Below are positions 36,475 through 48,655 of a DNA stretch of 64,000 nucleotides, in pieces (position 1 is the stretch's first letter; every line of letters starts with the position of its first letter). Source of the DNA: Hemiscyllium ocellatum (lineage: Eukaryota); the NCBI RefSeq assembly GCF_020745735.1, contig NC_083430.1:52691375-52755374 (forward strand), written 5' to 3'. The position numbers and the translations under genes were made by a program. The notes beneath the pieces were generated by a model. That model had not been told where the DNA came from and did no database searches. It worked only from the letters and a program-made list of their open reading frames with translations.

Positions 36475-37190
36475 TCATAGAATCAGTGACGTATAGCGCA
36501 GAAACAGAGCCTTCAGTCCAACTTGTCCATGCCGATCAGATATCCTAAATAAATCTAGTCCCATTTGCCAGCTTTTGGCCCATATCCCTCTGAACCTTCC
36601 TATTCATATACCCATCCAAATGCCTTTTAAATGTTGTAATTGTACCAGCCTCCACCACTTCCTCTGGCAGCTCATTTTAGACACGCACCACCCTCTGCGT
36701 GAAAAAGTTGCCCTTTAGGTCCCTTTTAAAATCTTTCCTTTCTCACCTTAAACCTATGCTCTCTAGTTTTGGACTCCCTAGCCCAGGGAAAAGAATTTGT
36801 CTACTTACCCTAACCATGCTCCTCATGATTTTATAAACCTCTATAAGGTCACCCCTCAGCCTCTGACACTCCAGGGAAAATAGCCCCAGTCTATTCAATC
36901 TCTCCCTTTAGCTCAAATACTGGCAACATCTTGTAAATCCTTTCTGAACCCTTTCAAGTTTCACACCATCCTTCCGGTAGCAGGAAGACCAGAACTGCAT
37001 GCAGTCTGTCAGTAGTGGTCTAACCAATGTTCTGTACAGCCACAATATGACCTCCCAACTCCTACACTCAATACGCTGACCAATAAAGGCATGCACATCA
37101 AAAACCTTCTTCACTATCCTGTCTACCTGTTATTCCATTTTCAAGGGACTATGAACCTGCACTCCAAGGTCTCTTTGTTCAGCAACATTT
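36475..37190 (-). mobile_element. CR1 LINE 3' fragment in archease intron 4
   Basis: Degenerate CR1 ORF2 C-terminus and 3'UTR of the same family as 54410-54972. Confidence 0.85.
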
Positions 37191-37653
37191 GTGTCTCATA
37201 CAAAGATATAAGAGTGGAAAGCTCAGATGTGTAGTTGTGGTGCAAGTTCAGTGAACTAATGGTGTGTAAGCTGCTGGCCAGTATAGTATCTTTCACACTA
37301 AGTAAAACCCTGGCAGATACTGTGGGGCCAGCAGAGCTACATTGATAGGAGCAAAGAACTGACCTTTAGAAGCCAAGTCAAACAGCTTGGATAAACAGGT
37401 TATGAGGATTATGTGAGGTACTGTCCATTCCTGCTGGCATTATGACATGTAAAATATAAGCTTAACACAAGATGTGATATTTCTATTATATCCTCTACTG
37501 GACTGTTTCTCAGGCAATGTTTAAAACAAGCATGTCACAGCACCCATCACAGCCGCAGTCGAAAGCTTGTGAATCATTCCAAAGTGCTTAATGAGATAAA
37601 TTTTAATGTCAGTTCACATCTGTCTTAATTCAATCTTAAAGCAAATTACTGAC

Positions 37654-37736
37654 CCTTGGAATGAAAAACATTTCTGCGCTGAATTGATACAGCCATTCAT
37701 CCATAAAGTTGTAGAGCAGGGACATCATGTCATGGC
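37654..37736 (-). CDS. ZBTB8OS: Archease, exon 4
   Basis: GHDMMSLLYNFMDEWLYQFSAEMFFIPR, 83 nt. Confidence 0.95.
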
Positions 37737-40093
37737 CTAAGAGAAAACAGACAAAACCAAAGTAAAGTTGCAATATCAGCAGTGATTTTATTTCATATCA
37801 TGCAAGCACTCCCAGGATTTTGAAGCTAGAAAATATACTGAACTCTGGTGATCAGGGTAATATTAGAGTTAGTCACTTCACAAAGTCAAACAATGCATCA
37901 ACTCAACAAAATGTAAATGATGGAAAGCAAGGTTCCTACACCTGAAACAGTGACTTGCCTACTCTCTCCACAGATGCTGATTTGACTTCCTCTATGCTTC
38001 CAGTAGTTCCTTTTTTGGATATGTACTTACACAAAAATTGCCTGCCAGAGAAAAACAATGCCTATTTGTTCAAATGATGTCCTGAGAAGCATCCCTACTT
38101 AATTGTGGTTCTCTAAACACCAGTTAGTTAAGATAATAAAATCCACAAAGAATATTGGATTAGAGCTTTGAAGACTGTCTCATAACCAACAATAAATCAG
38201 TTATAATTATACAAATGTAAGTTGTATAATGTAAGTTTAAAACAAGTTCTGAAAGATATGAAAGAACTGAAACCAACATGGTCATTCTAAAAGGCTTTTT
38301 CAATATATCATTTCAGTTGCATCACACTGTAAGCTTTTGCTATAAATTCTGTGTCTTATGAGATGAAGGAGCAGTGCTCTGAAAGCTAGTGCTTCCAAAT
38401 AAACCTGTTGGAGTATAACCTGGTATTGTGATTTTTTAAAAAACTTTGTACACCAAAGTCCAACACTGGCACCTCCAAATGACGTCCACAAAAAGAAACA
38501 TCCTTTTAATATCCACCTGGTCAGGTCCCCTCTGGATCTTTTATATTTCAATTACTCATTTCTAAATTCTAGACGATACAGGCCTACCCTGATTAGCCTT
38601 TCCTCATAAGTTCCTTCATTCCAGGTGAGTAAATCTTCTCTGAACTGCTTCCAATTCATTAACGTGCTTCTGCAAGTACAATGGCCAATACTTAACACAG
38701 TACTCCTGATGCTGTCTCACCAATGCCATACATAATCTCTCTTTCATTCAATTCTCCTCTCAATAAACCATAATATTAGGTTTCCTGATTTCTTGCTGTA
38801 CCTGCATACTATCCTTCTGTGATTCATGCACTAGGACATTCGGGTTCCTGTGCATCTCAGAACTCTGCAAACTCATCATTTAAATCCAACACATCAATAT
38901 TTCACTGGTTACTTCTTTTAAGATCCTATCAGGACCTGGGTCCTTGTCAAGTCGTGGTTCCAATAATTTACTCAGTACTATTTTCATTATAATTATATTT
39001 TCTTGAGTTCCTCTCCCTTTTTCAATTCCTGATTTATAGCCATTTCTAGGATGCTACTGTATCATCTCTAGTGAAGATGAAGCAAAATGTTTGATCAGAA
39101 AATATAACCTGAAAACAGGCCTAGATCCAGTCCCAGGAATTAAGAAAGTCCTGATTTTAGAGTAAATCCTTGTAACTAATTACCTTTCTCAAAATACTCT
39201 TTATTGTCAGAGAATAAATTTTAATTGGAATCTACTTACCAAAGCAGTAAGTAGATTTAATTGGAATCTACTTACCAAAGCATTTCAACCTTCACATCTT
39301 CAATTAAATGAATACCTTTGTTGTGCCCAACAGCCTAAAGAACCACACCTAACATATTTCAATGACTATACTTGAAACAGGGCAGGGCAACACAATACGC
39401 ATACTGCCAAATGTCAGTGCCCATAAACTATCTGCTTAATTGTCTTTAAATGAATAGGACATGATCAATATCTGTAGGGAGCACCTCAATGAACTTTAAA
39501 ATTTCTGATGTAAACACAACGTAGAATAAACAGCTGCGTCACTGCTTGTAGTACGCCGTGCCAGGAATTTAATCTCAGTTCAAGAACACAGCAAACTGGT
39601 TTTAACATTCTGAGGAAGCAGGGATATAGTGAATGGCAGACTCTTGAAATTATAGTTAAGCCTTTTGTTATCTCATAACAAATAAAACAAAGATTTATTT
39701 ATCATATCAGCTTATTGTGTCAAGTATTTGCATCAGAAAGTTCATTCTTTGTATTTTAGCAAAATGTTTTGATTGCACAAAGAATCTTCTCTAATCTAAA
39801 ATGTACTAAGTTTGATATAGTGTTTTATCTTTCACATTTCTCCCCTTCTCAAACTTCATGGGTAGCAACAGTCTTTCAAGGCTTACACTTAACCCAAGTA
39901 ACTTATATCCTGTATCCTTACCCTCACCCTACAGGAATTTGATACTTACAAAATAATTAATGTGAAACCGAAGCAGTTGATCTAAACGCCCTGACACTCA
40001 AGCACACTAACTTAAAGGATAATGTTTCATGGAAATGTCTTGTCTACTGAAAAATTATAAATATGTAGGTACGTAGAATGTCACAATGGTTAC

Positions 40094-40215
40094 CTTCAGC
40101 CTCTACTTCAATTGTTGTTGATGGTTGCACGGTTTCAATGTCAGTCATATAGCCAAACATAGCCATTACAATCTGTTCAAATGCCTCTTCTAATGTATCG
40201 CCCCATGAATGCAAC
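40094..40215 (-). CDS. ZBTB8OS: Archease, exon 3
   Basis: LHSWGDTLEEAFEQIVMAMFGYMTDIETVQPSTTIEVEAE, 122 nt. Confidence 0.97.
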
Positions 40216-41464
40216 CTATAAAAAGAAGTAATTTCAAGGACTACAGCACTGGAAGTTAACTGCTTTATAAATATAACACAGATTGCCAACTCTGTTATAC
40301 TAATCACAAACTGGGAAGTTAGTGGCTATCAATTCCTTTCAGCCACAAATCCCAAAAGGATCAGCTAGAAATCATTCAGGAAAAAGTAAAATAATATCAT
40401 AGAATAATATGAAAAAAAGACTGCAAAGTAACAAGACCCGGTTTTAATTAATTTTGAAGAGCAAAATTTTAAGAGCTCACAGAGCTTCTAACATTTACTG
40501 TTTGTATATCAGTTGATATAGCACACAAATAAGACAAGTCAAACATTATACAGATAGTTCTTTTATAACACGATGGCTGTGTTCTTGTGCAACCCCGTAT
40601 TGTTGAAAAATTGTAGTTTTAGAAACAGCGCTTAAAGTGTTAACAGTGTAATCGCCGGTGTAAACAGTGTCCTTAATTCATCAAATGCATTACAGTGAAC
40701 TTGTGTTAAGGAAAAGTGTGCTATAGCAGAAAGACCTGAACATAATGTCTGGAAATTTCCCAATTACTATTAATAGGAATCAGTATAAAAAATGTATAAC
40801 AGGCAATATATATCAATATCTCCCCAGTACCAACAATAGCAAGGCCTGAAAACATTCCAATGTTGATATTTCTTAAAACATTTCATTCACAATTAGTTCC
40901 AGTTTGCAAAGTTAGAATATAAGTATGGTGCTGCATGAGTTCCACAATTCAAGTAGAAAACACAGAACATTTTATATGCATGGCTTAGAAAGAAAGTTTC
41001 AGTTACAACACTGGATTAAAGGTGCGTCTCATTTTGATAATCCTCTTGAACGTATACAAGAATAAACTTTGGAATTCCTAACCCCATAATTTCATCACTA
41101 TGATTGATAGAATTGAATGTTTTAAAATTAAAAATAATCAATTAAATAAAAAACTTAAGCTGATGTGCTGATTAAAAACTTTATACTTGGAAGACAGCAG
41201 CTTATATATACTTTAAAAAACAAAGCTCAAAAAACACCAATAATTGTACTGGAACACAAATAATCAGACACTTGCCATGAGAAAAGTGATGCAACAACAG
41301 GAAAACTTCATATCAGCACGGAATCCCAAAGTTGCATAAAAGCTGACATGAAGTGTAAAATTCATATGTTTGAGGTTATTTTCCAAATATCAAAGAACTG
41401 TATTCTAAATTGGCACTCGCTTTTAACAACTGTTTCCATAAAAGTAGTTATTTTAAGAACTTAC

Positions 41465-41489
41465 TGTACATCCGCAGTGTGGTCCAAAT
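41465..41489 (-). CDS. ZBTB8OS: Archease, exon 2 (25-nt micro-exon)
   Basis: YLDHTADVQ, the conserved DHTAD motif; TAG/GTAA boundaries. Confidence 0.95.
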
Positions 41490-42342
41490 CTAAGTAGAAA
41501 AAAAAGAAAATTACAGGAATTGAAAATCATTTTATAAACTTTGTCATTTCAAGGACTTACAATACATGCGGGTGCAATGTACAGCAACTAAGATAACTCA
41601 CTATATCGAATAAAACAATTAGACTGTGATCTGTATTTGTTTAGTTTACTCCACAATACTGGAAGCAATTGAGTATTATTTGCTCACTTATGGGTGTCTT
41701 AATTGCTCACCATGACCGATTTATCTTGTTCGAAATAGTGGCCAAGGTTCTAGTGGACATACTTTACTAGGAGAAAATGAGGATGGCAGATGCTGGAGAT
41801 CAGAGTCAAAAGGTGTGATGCTGGAAAAGCACAGCCAGCCAGGCAGCACCTGAGTAGCAGGAGAGTTGACATCTCAAGCACAAGCTCTTCATCAGGAATG
41901 AAGAGCTTATGCCTGATACGTTGACTCTCCTGCCTGACCGGCTGTGCTTTTCTAGCACCATACTTTTTGACTATGTCATACTTTACTGTCTGATGGTACA
42001 CGAGGGGCTGAACATGCTGGGTGGCGATTAGCACATTCTGCTTTTTACCTAGTGAACAGTTAAATATGCACTTTCCAGGTCAGGTCCTGGACTGCAATGA
42101 GAAGCTTGGATAAAGAAAAATTCCCTTAACTTTTCCAGACCCAGTTGCACCCTTCCCATTTTTAATTTGGCTGAGAAGAGCTGACAACATTGGTTAAAAA
42201 TCAAAAACACAGAGAATGCGAGACAAACTCAGCAGGTCTGGCAGGATCTATGGGAGAGTCACTGAGTCATGGTGAGAACTTTCAGCAGGGTGATTAGGAT
42301 TTGAATCTTGAAGGACGTGCGTGCCAGACTCCAACCTCAAAC

Positions 42343-42745
42343 TCCTCTTCCACCCACTCTACCCCTGTCATTCCTCACCCAACCCCCATACCCCTCTCAC
42401 CACCACCACTACTCACCCCTTCCCCCTCTCCCTCTCACCACCACCACCACCTTCCAGCCCCATCTCACCTTCCACCCCCCTCACCACCACCACTACCCAT
42501 CCCTTCCTCTCTCACCACCACCATCCCCCACCTCACCTTCCACTCCCTCCCTTCCCCCTCTCCCTCTCCCCTCCCCTTTCCCTTTCACCACCCACCCCTC
42601 CCCCTCTCAGCACCACCACCTTCCCCCCCCTCTCACCTTCCACCACCACCCCTACCCCTTCCCCCTCCCCCTCTCCCTCTCCCTCTCCCTCTCCCTCTCA
42701 CCACCACCTTCCACCCCTCCCCCTTTCCCTTTCACCCCTCCCCCT
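42343..42745. repeat. C-rich low-complexity tract (CCA/CCCT repeats) at the start of archease intron 1
   Basis: About 400 nt with only 3 G on the + strand; the sense pre-mRNA is extremely G-rich. Confidence 0.9.
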
Positions 42746-42802
42746 GTACAGACTGCCTGCGGGCCCAGGGTCCGTCACTCCCCTCCCCCACCTCACACTC
42801 AC

Positions 42803-42884
42803 ATTCGTACTTCTTGCTAACGGGCGGGTATTTCTCCTTCACCGCTTTCTGGGCCGCGGTCAGGAAATACTCCCGATCGTCCAT
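42803..42884 (-). CDS. ZBTB8OS: Archease, exon 1
   Basis: MDDREYFLTAAQKAVKEKYPPVSKKYE, donor GTGAGT. The seven exons total 489 nt = 162 aa. Confidence 0.93.
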
Positions 42885-43052
42885 CGACCCTCCGACAGCG
42901 TCCGCGCATGCTCGGACCGAGCGCCCGCCTCCCCCTGCCGCCGATTGGCTCACTGCGCGGCATCCGATTGGATGACTACTCTGTCCATCACTAACGTAAA
43001 TGTCACTTCCTGCCCACCGCCACCGTCACTTCCTGCCCTTACCAAGATGGCG
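42885..43052. promoter_or_regulatory. Bidirectional CpG-island promoter shared by ZBTB8OS and IQCC
   Basis: 162 bp between ATGs; GCGCATGC (NRF1-like) at 42904; CCGATTGG at 42941 and 42964; GTCACTTCCTGCCC (ETS/GABP) at 43002 and 43025; CAAGATGGCGG (YY1) over the IQCC ATG. Confidence 0.85.
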
Positions 43053-43088
43053 GTGAGTGAGGATCTCCGTGGGTTGTGTGTTCTCCAG
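43047..43088 (+). CDS. IQCC: IQ domain-containing protein C, exon 1
   Basis: MAVSEDLRGLCVLQ|GTGAGT; supplies the LQ of the IQ motif. Confidence 0.85.
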
Positions 43089-44078
43089 GTGAGTGCAGCC
43101 TCCCCCCAGTTTCACTGGAATCATCTGTCCCTTCAGTGAAATCTATGAGGGCTCCTGTGACGGAGGGTCTGGATGCTGTCGATTGTTGAATATTCAAATG
43201 TTGTTTTCCCAATGATGCCAGGTGGTTACCATGGTAACAACTCAGCACCTTTCCAAGACTGGACTTTGTGAATCCCCAGGCACTCGGATAGAGCTCAGAG
43301 ACTTGATGCTGATGAGAGAGGATGGATGTGATGGTGCAGGAGAAGGTGCAGAGGAGATTCCTCTGGGCTAGAGCCATTCACCTCTGATGAGAGGCTGGGG
43401 CTGTGATTTTCAGAACTGCAAAGGCTGATGTGGGGGGAACCTGATTGAAATGTATGAAGTTTTGAAGGGTAGAGACAGAGCAGTTAGGATGAAATGTTTC
43501 CCCTTGGTGAAGGGATGAATGAACAGGGGATATAGATTTAAAGCAAGGAGCATAGAACTTAGAGGGCATTTTAGAGTTTTTTTTAAAACCAGAGGGTCGA
43601 AGGGATAGGGTTACTGAAACTCATTACTATAAAGTCTGGTAGAGATGAGAATCATCACAATCTTAAGTATTTAATGATCGCTTGAAGTGCTGCAGCAAAT
43701 AATGCTACAGGCCACGTACTGGAAAATGTAGGTAGGTGTTGATAGGAGGAAGTGAGGACTGCAGATACTGGAGAATCAAGAGTCGAAGAGCATGGCACTG
43801 GAAAAGCACAGCAGGTCAGGTAGCATCTGAGAAGTAGGATAGTTGACATTTTGGGCACAAGCCCTTTGCCAGTAATGAGTGGTTTGGACATGGTGGGCTG
43901 AAGGGGCATGCTATAAAACTCTAACTATCTATTTCACTGATTGCTGGAACAGTTTTGCATACATAATATTTTAGCATTTGAATTATTATTGTCATGTACT
44001 GAGATAGTGAAAATAATTTTTTTTGTGATATGGGCAAACCATACCTTATACAAGTACATCAGAGTGATAGAAGTGAAT

Positions 44079-44202
44079 AAAAAATGAGGTCTGCAGATGC
44101 TGGAGATCTTCCTGATGAAGGGCTTATGCTCGAAACGTCGAATTCTCTATTCCTGAGATGCTGCCTAACCTGCTGTGCTTTGACCAGCAACACATTTGCA
44201 GC
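44079..44202 (+). mobile_element. PLE mini-element with intact hammerhead core in IQCC intron 1
   Basis: 14-bp TSD TGATAGAAGTGAAT (44065-44078 / 44203-44216); CTGATGA at 44112 then AGGGCTTATGCTC-GAAAC-GTC-GAA; sequence matches the 5405-5614 family. Confidence 0.85.
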
Positions 44203-47200
44203 TGATAGAAGTGAATGCAGTGTTGAAGCTGCAGAGAAATATCAACTTAAATACCATATTAAATGTCCTTTCAAAAATCTGGTAACAGGGAAGCTGTACC
44301 TGAATCAGTTGGTACTATGACAAAGCTGCTCCTTTAACAACCTAGACTCTGAAAAATCTGGGGTCAGTGTTTTAGGACCAGTTTGATTATAGCTTACAGA
44401 TACTGCCTCTGGTAGAAGGCTTTCAAGTTAAAAAAACACACTTGTACAATGAAAGGGGAGCGGCCAGTTTCCCCAGCTCAGCTTTTCTCTGGTTTGGTTT
44501 TTAGCAGTAGTGTGGAAAAAGCTGCTGGACCCATAGAAGCAGGTCCAGGTTGGTATTCTGTCTCTGACTTCGATTGTGTAAACCCCTCCTAACCTGGTTA
44601 TAAACATTTCTAATCTCTTCTGTCAGGCAAGAAATACAAAAGCTTAAACACATATACCAATACATTCAAGAACAGCTTCTTCCCCACAGTTGTTAAAAAT
44701 TTCAATTCTAACATTGATCTTGCTTTTTATGCGTCATCTTTGCTATGATCTTTGAATAGTATAATCTGCCTGTACTGCACACAAAACACAACTTTTCACT
44801 GTATCTAGATATATATGAAAGTAATAAATCAAATATTGCCAGGGGTGGGTGGGTGGGTGGGAGGCAGATCTCACCACTGGTTCAAGTCATACATCACAAA
44901 AGATGATTGCACAAAACCACAGTAATCATCTTAGCCTTGGTTCTTCAGTTCACATGTTTTATGACCCCTCTGCAGTTTAGACTTGAACCCAGGCTTCCTA
45001 ATGTAAGATAGGCATATTACTACTGTGCTAATTGAGTCCGCCCAGGAGTTCCTCAGTGTAGTGTTCTTGGCCTAACCATCAATGTCTTCCCTTCAGTCAG
45101 AAATGGGGGCGTTCGTGTACATTCGTTAACGTTCTGTGATGTTTGCAACTTTTCACATATTAAACCTGTCCACATACAATTGCAGCAAGGCCAGTACAGC
45201 ATTCAGAAGGAGAAAGTGAGGTCTGCAGATGCTGGAGATCAGAGACAAGAGTGTGGTGGTGTAAAAGCACAGCAGGTGGTGTAAAAGCACTGCAGCAACA
45301 TGCCTCATTCCTAATGAAGAGTTTATGCCTGAAATGTTGGTTCTCCTGCTCCTCGGATTGCTTTTCCAGCACCACACTTTGTACAGCATTCAGGATTGAG
45401 TTGATAAGAGCAAGAGCCCGGACTTAGAACTATTATCCTTGTTCTTTCACTGTCACTGGCTTCATATTGTGGAAGTTGTGTTAAAGAACACTGGGCATAT
45501 TTGCACAGATGGACTACTGAGCCCAAGCTTCCTCTTTATCCTGAATAGTTTATTGTCAAGCCAGGAATACCCACATTCCATGAAGGTCAAAAATCACACA
45601 ACACTAGATTAAAGTCCAACAGGTTTGTTGAAGAAGGAGTGGGGCTCCGAAGGCTTGTGTTTTCAAGTAAACCAGTTGGACCATTAGCTGGTGTCATGTG
45701 ACTTTTGACTTTGTCCAACCCAGTTCAACCTCCACATCATGACATTTCAAGAAAGAATTTTAGAAGGGCTGTTTTGATCATTTAAACCTGTTGCATAAAT
45801 ACAAGGTATTGTATGAGGAGCAGTGCTCCTGGTCTGGACAGAACATGGCTATAGATAGTAAGAGTCCTTTACTCTTATGCACCAATCTCTTTTATAAAAG
45901 TTCATGCACTGAAGGTGTTTACTCTCCCAAAAGCTTGGAATGCCTGCAGATTAGTGTTCTGGCATTAAATTAATCAGGTTCTTGTGAATATCAGCACTTC
46001 CCAATTTCTCAACATTGGAAACATATGCTATATTCTACTTTCTCTGCTTAAAATGGATAAGCAAATAATGTCCCATCTACCACATTCTTGCCCATTCACT
46101 TAATCTGTATGTATCCCCTTATAACTATACAATAAAAACACCAGAAAGTTGCTGAGGGTTACAGCCTTGCAGGATGCATAGCTTCTTCAGGCTTTCTGCC
46201 ACTATTTTAAACTGCAACACTTCCTCAGATAATGTGACATAATCCCTGAATGGAAAGTGTAGCTGTTTTTGCAAAGAGCTGCACCGCATTCATTTTTTTT
46301 TCTGATGGGTATAATCTCATCGTTCCTGTGTTATTCAAGAAAATCATTTGTTTTGCCTCAGAATCCTTTTCATAATATCGTGACAAGAATTACTTAGATG
46401 TGGTTAGTCCAACCAAACTTCTGTTAGATGTATGGTAATGTTCTTGCATTTCAATTCTATTCCAATAAAAAGAACCCTTTTTAAAAAACAATCCATTTGG
46501 ATATGTTATTGCACAATCTATGACCATAACATCTTGACGTGGAACATGAAACCAGCCCTTTTAGCTTGGAGGTACGGGACACTACCATTGTGCACAAAAG
46601 TATACACCTTAACGCCAATGCTTTGTTTGCCTCTCTCTTTAAAAGCATTAAAATTAAGCTTGTTGATAAGTTGGAATAATGAAATGAGACTCTGTACACA
46701 GGCGCACGAATTGTTTTGTTTCTCTAATAAGACTTAATTGATGTGACATTTTTCACATGCTCAAAATTCCAAGATATGAATTAATTCATGAAATAAGCTT
46801 TCCCCTTGCAGAAAGGTCCAACAGTTAACTTGTAGGTAGTAAGGTCACTAATAGTAAGTTTTAAGCAGCCAATTACGCTGTTTTTTTAATGGAAAAAACA
46901 AAGAACTACAGATGCTGGAAATTAGAAATAAAAACAAATTGCTGGAAAAACTCAGCAAGTCTGGCAGCATCTGTTGAGAAGAAACAGAGTTAACATCTCA
47001 GGTCCAGTGACCCTTCTTCAGAAATCTGTTTTTGTACTGAGCAGTGGACAAATTCTCTGCTTGGTCAGGTCCTTCATGTCTGGGAGGGCAGTTGCAACTT
47101 TTGTTTAATGTCTCGGTTGAAAAACTCCACCACCAAAAAGGCAGCAAAACTGCACTGAAGTGTCAAACCTGGACTTGAGCCCAAGATTGTAGCTCTAAGC

Positions 47201-47770
47201 TGTAACCTACAAGATTCTGAGGAGAGTGCAATTCCTTAGCAAAGCTGACACGTCATTTTATTCTCAGTTATGTTTTGAACATTGATACTCTGAAAATAAA
47301 ACCTACCCGAAGCAAAGAACTCTTTGTGTGCTACTGTCAAAGGGAAGAAGAAGTAATCTTCAAAGCTTACAGTTAACACTGAAATTAAGTAGAAGTACTT
47401 TAATTAAGGTACTGACAGTGAACTGTTTTCTTTTTAAGAATTGTATAATACATCAGGAGCTACTTGCTTAAAAAGTAAATTTTTTAATGTAAAGTCAGTG
47501 AATTGTCAATGTTGTTATTTATTGTGTCAATTGGATGGGTTGCATCGAAGCATTAGTCAAAAAAGCTGAGTGTTATTTTAAAAGTCTTACAATCATCTTG
47601 CTTTAACTTTTTGATGAAAGGGCAATGCCCAGTGTAAGTGACAAATTCCGTACAAATTTCTGCCAGTGTATTGGTGAAGCTTTTATTTATTTTAGAAAAA
47701 ACTCTATAATTCTTGCTGCTACATGGCATTTATTTTTTAAAACTATTTCTCCACCCTGTCCCCTTTGTAG

Positions 47771-47914
47771 GCTTACGTTAGAGGTTATTTGGTGAGAAAA
47801 AGCTTCCAGCGTTTGCGCCAAGACTATGAAAATATTGTAAAAGAAATCGAAGGAGGTGTGGACTTGTTGGAGTGGGACGGCAAGGAGTTACCGAGGCCTA
47901 AATTTAAGGAGCAG
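47771..47914 (+). CDS. IQCC: IQCC exon 2
   Basis: AYVRGYLVRKSFQRLRQDYENIVKEIEGGVDLLEWDGKELPRPKFKEQ; IQ motif LQxxxRGxxxR plus the IQCC PRPxF signature. Confidence 0.92.
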
Positions 47915-48439
47915 GTACCTTTCACTGGACAGCGCGTGTGTTTATTTCTGTATATACGACTACGTTATTGAGCACCTTGCCTGTCACAACATTCGATACA
48001 AATTTTAAGAAATAAAGTCAATCTTTTGTGCATCTCCAGACATATAAGTGTTGTAGCCACAGCCTTTTCACAAACCAATTCACAATCTGATCCAAGCTCT
48101 GAACAGCACGTAACCTTCAAATGACGTTACTCATTGTATGCATTATATCAAATAATCTTGAAAAATGGCACAAGCCTGCAGTTTAATAGCAAAATGATGT
48201 ATACTTTGAATTAATCAGCTATCTATCGAAAACCCACATTGCAAGATGCATAAAACATAAACCTCAATGCCCCAAAGTTTTTGGGGAGATCACTTAGAAA
48301 GTCTTTCTAAATTCTACTTCTTTCTCTCCTGCCCCAACGCCTCACTCTCACCCAGCCACCTACCATAATTGTAACAACAGCAAGTATGTTGGGTATCTTG
48401 AGTCATATTTGTTCTTTAGCCATCATCATGCTCTCTGCA

Positions 48440-48655
48440 GTTGATTTGGAGATGCCGGTATTGGACTGAGGTGTACAATGTTAACAATCACACAACACCA
48501 GGTTATAGTTGAACAGGTTTATTTGGAAGCACTAGCTTTCGGAGCACTGCTCCTTCATCAGGTGGTTGTGGAGGACCTGATGAAGAACCAGCACTCCCAA
48601 AGCTAGTGCCTCCAAATAAACCTGTTGGACTATAACCTGGTGTTGTGTGATTTTT
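48440..48655. mobile_element. Palindromic PLE mini-element with hammerhead core (AGCT family)
   Basis: Minus strand 48530-48564 reads CAC-CTGATGA-A-GGAGC AGT GCTCC-GAAAG-CTA-GTG; a degenerate inverted copy lies at 48577-48607. Confidence 0.75.

Noticed and set aside
8673-42884. Functional cluster of hammerhead elements, a tRNA gene and archease (cofactor of the RTCB ligase that joins cyclic-phosphate and 5'-OH ends)
   Set aside because: Biochemically appealing, but the mini-elements appear to be dispersed repeats, tRNA-Gln(CTG) has no intron, and vertebrate genes are not organised as operons; proximity is most likely chance.
42301-43139. Long Pro/His/Ser-rich ORFs (224, 170 and 272 aa)
   Set aside because: By-products of the C-rich low-complexity tract, antisense to archease exon 1 and intron 1.
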